Source of the DNA: Octopus vulgaris
Taxonomy: Eukaryota
Direction of reading: 5' to 3'
DNA length: 64,000 nt
NCBI GenBank assembly: GCA_951406725.2
Contig: OX597831.1
Location: 25,296,001-25,360,000, forward strand
Shown: positions 1-12,294 of the stretch, piece after piece
How positions within the stretch are numbered: position 1 is the first letter of the stretch
Layout: each line of letters opens with the position of its first letter
The notes under the pieces: generated by a model
The model's input: the letters and a program-made list of their open reading frames with translations, nothing else
The model's database searches: none
What the model was told of the DNA's origin: nothing
Position numbers and translations under genes: made by a program

Positions 1-105
1 TTTGTTGTTAACCATATTGAGATGGCTATTATACTTTACATCTCTAAAAATGCTTATATAGTTATTTCCCTTACAAACCTGAGCAACGCCGGGCGATACT
101 GCTAG
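1..105 (+). mobile_element. Helitron 3' end, truncated by the window edge
   Basis: Subterminal hairpin cctgagcaacgccggg followed by CTAG|T. The same end (cccgagcaacgccgggcgatactgctagt) occurs at 18857-18885. Confidence 0.7.
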
Positions 106-169
106 TATATATATATTTATGTCTGTCTATCTGTCTGTTTGTATGTATGTATGTATGTATGTATGTAGG

Positions 170-424
170 TATTAGGTTGGTGCATAATTATTGCGTTTTT
201 TTTTCAACAAATTTTATTCAATAAAAGCAATAACAACATGTAACAAAAACATCTTCAAATGATTATTCCGGAGCATATTCACCATCTACTTCAATTACTG
301 CTTTCCATTTGCTTGGAAGACAGTCAGACCATCATTTAAAGATGTTTTTGTTAAATATTGTTATTGTTTACATTAAATAAAATGTGTTGAAAAAAGGCTG
401 CAATAATTATGCATCAGCCCAATA
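170..424. mobile_element. Mariner-derived fold-back MITE
   Basis: TIRs tattaggttggtgcataattattgc / gcaataattatgcatcagcccaata with TA ends, and imperfect arms of ~95 bp. The centre encodes a mariner C-terminus, LPSKWKAVIEVDGEYAPE*, on the minus strand. Confidence 0.8.
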
Positions 425-665
425 TATATGTATGTATGTGTATATATAGGTGTATGTTCATATGTATGTCGACACATACATGAACTCACATATTGATGTG
501 TGCAATGTATGTATGTATGTATGTATCTATGTATGCCTGTTTGTGTGTGTGTGTACAAGAGAGAGGTGTGACATTACTGGGGAGAAGTGTATTGGAATAT
601 AACAGTGCACATGCTTTTATAAACACCAAGGGCTCGGAGTCACTATAAGATACTCTTAACTCCTA

Positions 666-823
666 GGCATAGGAGTGGCTGTGTGGTAAGTAGCTTGCTT
701 ACCAACCACATGGTTCCAGATTCAGTCCCACTGCATGGCACCTTGGGCAAGTGTCTTCTACTATACCCTCGGGCTGACCAAAGCCTTGTGAGTGGATTTG
801 GTAGATGGAAACTAAAAGAAGCC

Positions 824-875
<52 letters not shown>

Positions 876-1093
876 ATATATTTATGTTTCTGTGTTTGTC
901 CCCCCAACATCGCTTGACAACTGATGCTGGTATGTTTATGTTCAAATAACTTAGTGGTTCGGCAAAAAAGAGACCGATAGAATAAGTACTAGGCTTACAA
1001 AGAATAAGTCCTGGGGTCGATTTCCTCGACTAAAGGCAGTGCTCCGGCATGGCCACAGTCAAATGACTGAAACAAGTAAAGGAGTAAAAGAGA
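666..1093 (+). mobile_element. SINE family A (tRNA head, CORE-like, octopus OR-like), full length
   Basis: A-box-like tggctgtgtgg, B-box-like gttcagtcc, CORE-like ccttgggcaagt, central (TA)n(TG)n and a gtaaaaga tail. More than 25 related copies in the window. Confidence 0.9.
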
Positions 1094-1409
1094 ATGGGGC
1101 TTGGTCTACTCCCAAATAACCCCAACAAAGAGCCCGATCATGGAAGTTGACAGCAGTATAGCCTCATGGGCAGTTAAGAATAAATATATATAGTCTACTG
1201 TTCCATTAAGGTAAAGTTGATAGAAGAAATGAACTCTGTCCAGTGGAATATATCATTTAATGTAGGTTGCATTAAAATAAGAGTTGCTAATAATTTCATG
1301 CTGTAGAGAAAGTTAGGCAAGTTTTTATAATGTGCCTAATCGTGTGTCTTAATGGCAAGACATTATTAGTAGCTCTTATTTTAATACAGTATAAAAGGGT
1401 AGGGACTGC

Positions 1410-1737
1410 TTTCAGTCATGAATGACCATGGGATGCCCCTAGAAAGTTCCCCTCTGAGGCACAAGTCTGGGCAAGGTTGTTAATAGAAGACCAGCAGTTG
1501 CCCATGCATACCAGCCTCCTCATCTCCATGCCACTGATGTTGTCCAAGGGAAAAGCAAAGGCTGACACAGCTTTGACACCTGTGACGTCACAACGCATTT
1601 CTACAGCTGAGTGAACTGCAACAATGGGACGTAAAGTGTTTTGCTCAAGAACACAACACACAGCCCGGTCGGGGAATTGAACTCCTTAACTCATGATTGT
1701 GAGCCTGAAACTCTAGCCACTGTGCAATGTGCCTTCC
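1410..1737 (-). mobile_element. SINE family C (tRNA head; ttgagcaa...cactcagctgtagaaatg body)
   Basis: Homologous to 6370-6712 and 22714-23031. A/B-box-like head at the right end on the minus strand. Confidence 0.8.
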
Positions 1738-1756
1738 CTTAATGCAGTGTACATTA

Positions 1757-1950
1757 AATGTTATATATAGGGAGAGTTCACGAAAGAAAAACAAGAGACA
1801 AAGAAAGGTGGTGTAGAAAACAAAAGTATAATGCTCAGGAATTGAAAAAGTCTTTTATGTTTCGAGCCTATGCTCTTCTACAGAAAGGGACACAGAAAAA
1901 AACAAGGATAGAAAAAAATGTGTGTAGTGGCTACCGATCTATCATGGCGA
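1757..1950 (-). mobile_element. Probable Penelope-like pLTR remnant with a hammerhead-like motif
   Basis: Abuts (TA)n. Minus strand reads cttt CTGTAGA a gagc atag gctc GAAA cat a aaag (1851-1887). Confidence 0.45.
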
Positions 1951-1975
1951 TATATATATATATATGTAGTAGAAT

Positions 1976-2252
1976 ACTTCGTTTTTGGATTTGGTTTGCA
2001 AGATTCGTTATGTGACTTTGTGTGCTGAAGCATATTCTGTTGTGTCTGGGGAGAGTCATTCTCTTTTAGTGCCTTATTATTTAACACACTCACTGGTAAA
2101 GTTTCCACTCATTTACTTATTTATTTTTCCAAAAATTTTTTTTGCATCATGCAACCTTTTCAATAGTCATTACTCTGTCTGTCCGTCATCTAAGCTGCAT
2201 TAAATAATAAGGCACTAAAAGAGTGAGACTCTCCCCAGACACAACAAAATAT
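1976..2252. mobile_element. Fold-back cassette, probable Penelope-like remnant
   Basis: Inverted arms at ~2032-2082 and 2201-2252. Homologous to 62464-63128 and more distantly to 17135-17322. Confidence 0.6.
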
Positions 2253-2374
2253 AACAGAATAAGAAATAGAAATTCCTTTGTACAGTATTATACATTTGAA
2301 AATATGAATAGAAATGATATTTCTGATAATTTTCTCCACTTTAATAATTAATTATTTATATATATAATTAGGTG

Positions 2375-3041
2375 TTAACCCATTAGCATTCAGATTACTC
2401 CGTCAAAATTAATGGTTATTTATTCACATTTTAATTAATCATATATTACCTCGTAACTTCGAGATTTCAATGATCTGATAGTTTGTGTTCAGAATGACAT
2501 AGTAGGGTAAGTGTGAGAGGCTGGATATAGTTATTTTAAACATATTTTAAAGATAGCTATTTTAAACATAGGTGCAGGAGTGGCTGTGGGGTAAGTATCT
2601 TGCTTACCGACCACATGGTTCCGGGTTCAGTCCCACTGCGTGGCACCTTGGACAAGTGTCTTCTGCTATAGCCTTGGGCCGGCCAAAGCCTTGTGAGTGG
2701 ATTTGATAAACGGAAACTGAAAGAAGCCCATCGTATATATGTATATGTATATATATGTATGTGTGTGTATATGTTTCTGTGTTTGTGTTTATCCCCCCAA
2801 CATCGCTTGACAACCAATGCTGGTGTGTTTACGTCCCCGTAACTTAGCGGTTCGGTGAAAAGAGACCAATAGAATATGTACTAGGCTTACAAAGAATAAG
2901 TCCTGGAGTTGATTTGCTCAACTAAGGGCAGTGCTCCAGCATGGCTGCAGTCAAATGACTGAAGCAAGTAAAAGAGCAAAGAGTATATAACAGGTAGAAT
3001 TTTCAGACCTGATATGGCCAGTTTAAATGATAAAGGGTTAA
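2375..3041. mobile_element. TTAA-flanked piggyBac-like MITE interrupted by a SINE A copy
   Basis: Ends ttaa-cccattagcatt ... aatgataaaggg-ttaa. An uninterrupted relative lies at ~33172-33391. Confidence 0.65.
2571..2983 (+). mobile_element. SINE family A, full length
   Basis: Colinear with 666-1093. Confidence 0.9.
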
Positions 3042-3560
3042 ACACCGAATAACTATAGATGTTAAATATGTGTGTGTGTGTCTAACCCATGCAAGCATAG
3101 AGAAACAGATGTAAAACGAACACATACACACAACACATAACTTGCCTTTCATCATACACAAGTGTCAAATCTCCTAAGAGAAATATACTACACTATGTTA
3201 AAAATTATAAATGTAGGACGAACTTGAAAGTTTCCATAAACATATATATCAATGCCAGTTTTTTGGATCTGTATTAAAGTCTACCGTCTTGTTAGATATA
3301 CGACGCCAGATCTGTCCACCATGCCTACCTCAACTGTGTTTTCATCATGCATCCCTTGCATATCAATGAGATATTTGGATTAAATATACGATATATATGT
3401 ATTTGTCTTTGAGACAGATTCCTTACAACAGAATTTTCAGGATGCAATCTCGAGTAATCTTTTCCACGCATCATTTGGACTAACATGATGTATTATGTCT
3501 CTGTACATGCAACAGGAGGTGTGAATATGTGTATTTATGTGTGTACAAATATACACACTC

Positions 3561-3593
<33 letters not shown>

Positions 3594-3854
3594 TATATAA
3601 ATATACACACACACACATATAAATATATATATACACACACACGTACACACATATATATGTATATGAATATCTGTATGTATGTGTTTGTATAATAATGTGT
3701 GTGTGTGTGTGTGCCTATGCATGTGTGTGTGTGAATATCTGCATTTGTGTTTATGTAAGAATGTGTGTGTATATATATATATATATGTGTTTGTGTGTAT
3801 ATATGTATATGAATATTTGTATTTATGTGTTTATATAAAAGACTCTCTCTCTTT

Positions 3855-4063
3855 AATTTTTTAATTGTTTCAGTCATTTGACTGTGGCCATACTGGAGCA
3901 CCGCTTTTAGTCGAGCAAATTGACCCCAGGACTTATTCTTTGTAAGCCTAGTACTTATTCTATCGGTCCCTATTGCCGAACTGCTCAGTTACGGGGACGT
4001 AAACACAACAGCATCGGTTGTCAAGCGATGTTGGGGGGACAAACACAGACACACAAACGCATG

Positions 4064-4099
<36 letters not shown>

Positions 4100-4270
4100 C
4101 ATATATACGACGGGCTTCTTTCAGTTTCCGTCTACCAAATCCACTCACAAGGCTCTGGTTGGCCCGAGGCTATAGTTGAAGACACTTGCCCAAGATGTCT
4201 TGCAGTGGGACTGAACCTGGAACCATGTGGTTGGTAAGCAAGCTACTTACCACACAGCCACTCCTGCACT
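3855..4270 (-). mobile_element. SINE family A, full length
   Basis: Reverse complement of family A. Confidence 0.9.
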
Positions 4271-4307
4271 TATATATATGTATATTATATCTCTAAGTAC
4301 ATACACA

Positions 4308-4350
<43 letters not shown>

Positions 4351-4865
4351 AATGAATATATGTATTATGTGCATATATATATTTATATACTTGTGTGTGT
4401 GTGTATGTATATATATATATATATATGTGTATGAAATATTGGTTTGTGTATGTATATATGCACACACTTACACATAGTTTAGTGAGTGTATAAGAGGAAT
4501 AACATATGTGACTACTCATATTGATCACTGGAAAGACAGACAGCAGTATGGAATATCTAAGAATATATATTGAAGCATGTATAACAGAAGTAACCGCTTC
4601 CATGAAAACATTTCTTTTTAATTTTATTTTGTTTTATTTTATATTTTTTTTTTTGTTCTTGGCTTTTTACAATTTCGTTTCTGTGTTGCAAAATATTCGG
4701 TATCGGTTACATTCATTTAAGTTTTTCAATAATACAAGACTGTCTTAGATCTCTTGATGCCTAATCTATCCTGGGAAAAGCTTCAGGTTGATAACAGTGC
4801 AATCAATGATTACATGTGCTCTCTGTCCTTTGTCATATAAACGAATCTATATATGTATATATATA

Positions 4866-5250
4866 GGCATAGGAGTGGCTGTGTGGTAAGTAGCTTGGTT
4901 ACCAACCACATGGTTCCGGGTTCTGTCCCACTGCGTGGCACCTTGGGCAAATGGCTTCTACTGTAGCCTCGGGCCGACCAAAGCCTTGTGAGTGGATTTT
5001 GTAGACGGGAACTGAAAGAAGCCTTTCGTATATATGTATGTGTGTATGTGTTTGTGTGTTTGTGTTTGTCTTCCCAACATCGCTTGACAACCGCTGCTGG
5101 TGTGTTTACGTCCCTGTAACTTAGCGGTTCGGCAAAAGGGACCGATAGAATAAGTACTAGGCTTCAAAAGAATAAGTCCTGGGGTCGATTTGCTCGACTA
5201 AAGGCGGTGCTCTAGCATGGCCACAGTCACATGACTGAAACAAGTAAAAT
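4866..5250 (+). mobile_element. SINE family A, full length, followed by (TAA)n at 5262-5314
   Basis: Colinear with family A. Confidence 0.9.
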
Positions 5251-5251
5251 A

Positions 5252-5315
<64 letters not shown>

Positions 5316-6369
5316 TCTTTCTACTGGAAGCAGAAGGCCTCAAATGTTTCCGCTTTGTTTGCTATTGCCCCTTTGTTGCTCAATAGTTTGTCTTGTGTGC
5401 CCAGCACAGTAAGGGATAAAGGGTTAACATAGCTGGGCTGTCCATTTTGCTCAGTATTTCTCACTCTCAGCATCCACTGCCACAAGCAACCAATCTCTTC
5501 TTCTCCAATGTGATTCTTCATTGATAGCTACCATTCCCATGTTCCACCAACCATCCTTACTACTCACCATCTCCTTGTCACTCTTATCCTGACCTCTCAT
5601 CACTGCTACCCATCATGATGCTGCTCGTACTATTCTGCTGTTTGTTCTCTTTACAAGTGACTAACATTTACTACATGGAACTATCACACTGTTTCTCTCT
5701 TTCTCTGTCTGTCTGTCTCTCTTTCTCTCGTCTCTGTCGCCTCTCATTCTTTTTTTCCTACTCGCACTATGTCTTCTATCACCCACTTCATTCATCAATG
5801 TCACTCTCTTGATTATGCTGTCTTGAAATAGTAAATACAATTTCAAGATGAATCTGTAGTCTTTCAGGAGACGAACTAACTCCATTCATGCTGATGTCAT
5901 AATTAAATGCACTCCATTTAGTCTGTAACATTGTCGGTGAATGATCAGAGACAATGTATGCTAGAAAAGACACTTTACTCTTGACAAGGATATGACAATG
6001 TCTGTAGCATTTGGTGCCATGGTTAAATATAACCTATACAACCTGTAAAATGAGTGGAGGTAGGAAAGACATTCATGAACAGATTTCATGTCAAATTATA
6101 ACATAGAATGAAATGTGGCTAAGTGCGTAGTAACTTTGAATGAGAACTGACAGACAGTGATGGCCTTTCCATCCAATGCCATCATGGAGAAAAATAGATG
6201 TGAAATGGTGGCAGTGTAGCTAAGATATTTGCTTCTCAATGTCTTAGAAGCAGGTTGAGTTTCAAGCTGCTTCATAGCACCATGGACAAGTGGCTTTTAT
6301 CTGAGCCTTAAGCCAACCAGTGCATTTGTAGCTTGGAACTGTGTGGAAGCCTGTATCACCCTACCCAAT

Positions 6370-6712
6370 GAGACCCCCTTCGGTCACGACACAGACCATG
6401 GGATTGCACCTAGAAAGTTACCCTCCCAGGCACAAGTCCGGGCAAAGTTGTTTATGGAAGTCTAGCAGTCGCCCATGCACACCGGCTTCCCCTCTCCATA
6501 CCACCAGTGTTATCCAAGGGAAAGGCAAAGGGGCTAATACAGCTTGGCACCTGTGACGTCGCAACTCATTTCTACAGCTGAGTGAACTGGAGCAATGTGA
6601 AATAAATTGTCTTGCTCAAGAACACAACACACAGCCCGGTCCGGGATTCGAGCTCACAACCTCACGATTGTATAAGCTCAACACCCTAACCTCTGAGCCA
6701 TGCGCCTTCACA
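6370..6712 (-). mobile_element. SINE family C, near full length
   Basis: Homologous to 1410-1737, with the head gaaggcgcatggctcag on the minus strand. Confidence 0.8.
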
Positions 6713-6717
6713 AGCCA

Positions 6718-6818
6718 ATTATATCGACCCCAGTGTGTAACTGGTACTTAATTTATCGACCCCCGAAAGGATGAAAGGCAAAGTTGACCTTGGCGGAATT
6801 TGAACTCAGAACTCAGAA
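6718..6818 (-). mobile_element. SINE family B (MetaSINE-like) fragment
   Basis: Minus strand contains ctttgcctttcatcctttcggggtcgataaattaagtacc, which resembles the Meta domain. Confidence 0.75.
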
Positions 6819-7489
6819 CCCTACCCACTACCACACACACAATATACACACATGTGACTGCTTTGGCGCTTTTTTCTTCTTCTTTTTTTTTTTGCATCTT
6901 TCTCTACATTGGTGAATCAGCTGATGCTATTGTTCCTGTCTTCTTCTTCTTCTTCCTTCTCCTCACTCTCTTGTTGCGTCTTTCTCTCTCCTACAACCAA
7001 TTAAATCATTAGATTTTTTAATTAGAATATATTTTCTATCAAGTTTATGGAAAGCAGGAGATTGAACAGAATCGGAGTTTATGAAAAAGCTCTAAAAAAA
7101 AATACTTACAAACAAACCAAAATAATAAATTTTCATAGTGGAAAAAAAAAAACATGCCAAAAACAGAAGAGAAAAGGATCACAGAAAACCTGAAACAACA
7201 AATATTTTAGAGAGAGGAAATATTTATTTCAGGGAATATTGCTTAACATCTTTCATTGCATATTATTGCAATTTATTGCATAATTCAAGATTCTAATCAT
7301 CGTGCATCAATAAATTGGTGAATGTGAAGCATTTTGAAGAATTCATTTTTATTAATTTCTTACAAAATGAAAATTAAAAAAAAAACATATCAATCAATAT
7401 CTTCAATAAAAAAAAATATAGAAAAAGATGGGAAATGAAATGGAAAAGACTTGATAGGGAAATATTGGTGATAGAATAAAATTTAAGGA

Positions 7490-7589
7490 GAAATATATAC
7501 ATATACATAAATATAGGTATATATATACATAAATATATGTATATATACATAAATATATATATATTTATATATGTGTGTATATATATATT

Positions 7590-7620
<31 letters not shown>

Positions 7621-7849
7621 ATATACATACGTATATTTATATATATGTATGTCTATACATATATATATATTTATGTATATGTGTACATATATATGTATAC
7701 ATTTATATATACACACACACACACATATATATATATAAATATGTGTTCTTTGCAAGACATATTTATATATATATGTGTGTGTGTGTGTGTATATACATAC
7801 GTATATTTATATATATGTATGTATATACATATATATATATTTTTATGTA

Positions 7850-7880
<31 letters not shown>

Positions 7881-7930
7881 GTGTGTATACACACTCGCAC
7901 ACATTTATATGAAAATATGCATGTGTGTGT
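7490..7930. repeat. Compound (TA)/(TG)/(CA) microsatellite with an internal block duplication
   Basis: The block gtgtatatacatacgtatatttatatatatgtatg occurs at both ~7615 and ~7785. Confidence 0.9.
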
Positions 7931-8437
7931 AAAAGAAAAATAAGCTGGGAGAAATAACCCACAGTGCCTTGTAGCATGAATCAGGATGAGAAGAACAAAG
8001 AATGATATCCTAAATACCATATGAGATAAATTATTGATTTATGCTTTTGAATTGGTTTCACTTAGAGAGAAAGTAAACTATCACCTAGTAGCAATTGCAT
8101 CTGACTCTAAATAAGAATGGAGGATAATTTCAAGCAATCAACATTATGTAAACATGTGTGTGTGTGTGTGTGTGTGTGTAGCTGGTGATCTCTAGTTTAC
8201 TTAGTATAGGAGCTTGAGCTCCTATTCCTTATTGTTCAAATATTTGAGCAATCAAAACTATGAAACTTAAGGTTATAATTTATAATCACCAGCTTCTAAT
8301 AAAATATACATCCTCAACTTTATCTGTTGATTTCTTTTGCTGTTATAGACACAAGCATTCATATAGACCAGTGGTTCCGACCCCTTATATTTAAATGATT
8401 TTTCCAATGGTCACCTTTTAATATGCTAATCCTTAGT

Positions 8438-8467
<30 letters not shown>

Positions 8468-8468
<1 letters not shown>

Positions 8469-9125
8469 CTTTTTCTCTTTTTACTTGTTTCAGTCATTTG
8501 ACTGTGGCCATGCTGGAGCACCACCTTTCAGTCGAGGAAATCAACCCCAGGACTTATTCTTTGTAAGCCTAGTACTTATTCTATCGGTCTCTTTTGCCGA
8601 ACTGCTAAGTGACAGGGACGTAAACACATCAGCATTGGTTGTCAAGTGATGTTGGGGGGACAAACACAGACACACATATGCATACTTATATATATGATTC
8701 AGCACGGATTTTTGTCAGTGAACAGGTCGCGGTCTTACCAAATCCACTCACAAGTCTTTGGTCAGCCCGAGGCTATAGTAGAAGACACTTGCCCAAGGTG
8801 CCATGCAGTGGGACTGAACCCGGAACCATGTGGTTCGTAAGCAAGCTACTTACCACACAGCCATGTCTACGCCTTTATTCTTTTACTTATTTCAGTCATT
8901 TACCTCCAGCCATGCTGGAGCACCACCCTAAAGAGGGTTTTTTAGTGCAACAAGTCGACCCTAGGACTCATTTTGTTATTCTGTTGGTCTCTTTTGCCAA
9001 GTTGCCGAGTTACAGGACATAGGCACCACCAACACCAGCTGTCAAGCAACAATGGTGGGCAAACACACATATACACACATATATACAATAGGCTCCTTTC
9101 AGTTTCCATCTATCAAATCCACTCA
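8468..9125 (-). mobile_element. Two adjacent SINE A copies (8468-8870 full, 8876-9125 partial)
   Basis: Family A homology. The first copy has a foreign 41-bp piece at 8696-8736. Confidence 0.85.
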
Positions 9126-9962
9126 TATATATATATATATATAAGGTGAGGACCTAGTGTAAGCTAAATGCTACTTGCTGAAACAAAACAAGGAACTTGA
9201 GTTAGCTAAGCACACACACTGGCACCATTTAATGTTATTTCATTAGTTTGGGGTTTGTCATGTTTGTATCTAAAACTTTCTGTCCATTCTTCCAAGTATT
9301 ATCGACATAAGTGAGGTGTGACACCATGGTTACTGTGTAAACATTTGTTCGGCCAACATTTTCCAAACCAACTAACTATTTACTTAGCAAACTGAAGCTA
9401 AATAATCATATAATTGTTTAAATAGATAATGAAATTAGGATTATCCCGTTTTTATCTTTACTCGACAACTGTGATCTTTCCTCAAAAGACTGAATAAATG
9501 AATAAAGAAAACAAACACCAATCTCTCTTTTAATATTTCTGACAAAATTAGTGGCTTGGTGTGTAGGTGGTGTGGCCTAGTGGTTAAAGTGTTGCTCTCG
9601 GGATTGTAAGATAATGGTTTCAATCCCTAGACTGAGAGGCGCAGTTTGTTCCTGAGTAAGCGAAGTACTTACTCTTTTACTTGTTTCAGTCATTTGACTG
9701 CAGCCATGCTGGAGCACCTCCTTCATACACGTTTCTTCAGTTTGTTCAGCTGTAAATGAATAATCCTGCAAATGCTGGAGAGGTGTTCTGTTCAAAGAAA
9801 ATGTTGTGATCTTAGTCACATGGACACAATGGACATTAGATAAACTGTCCTATGGGTTTTAAGACTTGAGATATTAATATTCAAGGGTTGATGTTGTTGA
9901 TGATGATAACAGTGACATTAAATAGATGAGAAAGCAATGCGCACTTTTTACAATTATATATA

Positions 9963-10134
9963 GGTGCAGGAGTGGCTGTGTGGTAAGTAGCTTGCTTACT
10001 AACCACAAGGTCCCAGGTTCAGTCCCAGTGTGTGGCACCTTGGGCAAGTGTTTTCTGCTATAGCCGCGGGCCAACCAAAGCCTTGTGAGTGGACTTGGTA
10101 GATGGAAACTGAAAAGAAACTTGTCATATATATG

Positions 10135-10186
<52 letters not shown>

Positions 10187-10390
10187 TGTGTGTCTGTGTT
10201 TTATTCTCCCAACATCACTTGACAACCGATGGTGGTGTGCTTACGTTCCCGTAACTTAGCAGTTAGGCAAAAGCGAGCGATAGAATAAGTACTAGGCTTA
10301 CAAAGAATAAGTCCTGGGGTTGATTTGCTTGACTAAAGGCAGCGCTCCAGCATGGCCACAGTCAAATGACTGAAACAAGTAAAAGAGTAA
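9963..10390 (+). mobile_element. SINE family A, full length
   Basis: Colinear with family A. Confidence 0.9.
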
Positions 10391-10427
10391 TATATATATA
10401 TATATATATATATTCTTGAAGACATTC

Positions 10428-11480
10428 TTGAGGTGGTATCAAAGAGTTCCTGGACAAGCTTATTCCCCAAACATTATCTCCTTTGAAATAGTCACCTTGC
10501 ACAGCAATGCACCAGTCCCAGTGTTTCTACCACTTTTGGAATCCAGCCAGGAATTCGCTTTCTGTAAGTGAGTCGATGACCTTCTGTGATTCACTCCGGA
10601 TCTTGACAACAGTGTTAAAACAGTAACCTTTGAGCCGCATTTTCATCATGGGAAGAGACAGATGTCCACAGGTGCTAATTCTGGTGAATAGGGTGGGTGC
10701 AGATGTGATACCATGGTGTTTTTGGTGAGAGACTCATGAGTGAGAGAAGCTCTGTGACAGGGTGCATTGTTGTGAAGAATCCAGATATTAGGCTTGGCTG
10801 CATGAACCCATACAACAGACCAACAACATCAGCCATGGAGTAAAGATTATTTGCCAACATAACATGGCAGTCCTGGTTTAGGACGAATTTAGCCCCAGGA
10901 GACATCGTCTCCAGCTGGCTATACGGCACGATCTGTGTCCTTATATTTTCGAATAAGGGAATCCTGGGGCTAAATTACGGCAACATTCGTCCTAAACCAG
11001 GACTACCATGTTATGTCGGCAAATAATCTTTACTCCAAAGTACTGTTGCTGAATATCTCTCGTTGTGAGATTTACAAATAATAATTTTCTAACATCATGT
11101 TGTTGATTGTCCTCCATTGACCCCCATGCAGAAGTTGATGAATTTTCTTCGTATTTCTGGGGGTGATGCTTGTGGTAGGTATTCCAGATGCTTGAAACAT
11201 TGCGTACAACCCATTGCCTCATCACCGTAAGCTTGCCAAAGTATGCTCAGTGTCCCTGTAGCAGACTTCTCAAGTTTAACAGAAAATTTCATGTTGGCTT
11301 TTTGTTTTAATTTCCTGATCGCAACAAAAATAAGCATAAAAGTGATCACAAAAGCACAAATTTCACAACTTGTGAAATAAACACGGTGGTGTCACTTGAC
11401 ACACAGCCTCATGAAGGTCACTGCTAGCTTTCACTGTGAACTCACTTGTGTGCAGCCATCTGTTGGCATGCTACAGAACT
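10428..11480 (-). pseudogene. Internally deleted, decayed mariner transposon
   Basis: Minus-strand N-terminus QKANMKFSVKLEKSATGTLSILWQAYGDEAMG (~11300-11200). C-terminus HPPYSPELAPVD...WDWCIAVQGDYFKGD (~10700-10475). The middle is replaced by unrelated DNA. Confidence 0.8.
10837..11036. repeat. Nested inverted repeat inside the mariner remnant
   Basis: 52-bp arms at 10837-10888 and 10985-11036 (2 mismatches), plus inner arms aatttagccccagga / tcctggggctaaatt. Confidence 0.9.
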
Positions 11481-11559
11481 ATCTAGCTATCCATCTATAT
11501 ATCAACCTATCTACTGAAAATGTACTGAATGTGAAACCATTGTATGATATATATATATA

Positions 11560-11955
11560 GATAGATAACTAATGTAGGATAAAATTTTTTTCCGGAAAAA
11601 TTTTTATCAATGGCCAGCATATCAAAAAATACCTTTAAAGGTTAAATTTATAAATAATTTACAAAATGAGGGCAGAAGAAAAATTCTAATGCCAAATATG
11701 CCGAAAAAAAAGACAAAAATTGCCAATAACCATTATAATTTATGCATCTCGAAACAAACCGATAGAAATTTCTAAGAAATCCGTTATTACCGGATTGGTC
11801 CCAATTTCGGGGTTAATTCATAAGAATTTTCCCTTCTTCAGCGATAAATACGTGAGATATAAGTGAAATACTTACTCATACCCATGGGAAAAGCAAGCAC
11901 TAAGTCCTGAGCAGACCTAAGTACATAAATTATAATGGTTATTGACAATTTTTGT
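11560..11955 (-). mobile_element. Probable Penelope-like pLTR remnant with inverted repeat and hammerhead
   Basis: Lies between (TA)n and (GATA)n. ~33-bp inverted arms at ~11713-11745 and 11923-11955 enclose the ribozyme motif. Confidence 0.65.
11787..11847 (-). ncRNA. Minimal type I hammerhead ribozyme motif
   Basis: ttatcg CTGAAGA a ggg-aa-aattc-ttat-gaatt-aa-cccc GAAA ttgg-ga-ccaa TC cggtaa. Complete core, stems I, II and III, AUC cleavage triplet. Confidence 0.75.
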
Positions 11956-11957
11956 AT

Positions 11958-12087
<130 letters not shown>

Positions 12088-12243
12088 GTTCAATGAGTAT
12101 GTATCCTATATATTGTTTATAATAATGTATAATCTGCTTATCTCTACTTCCCAGTCAGATTTGATCAGTAATCTCATTGGTTACTACATAATAAGGGGGG
12201 GGGGTATGTGTGTGTACATACATATGTATGTTTGTGATTATTT

Positions 12244-12294
<51 letters not shown>

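Noticed and set aside
666-740. tRNA gene (also the heads of other SINEs)
   Set aside because: A/B boxes are present but fused to SINE bodies, and no convincing cloverleaf is seen.
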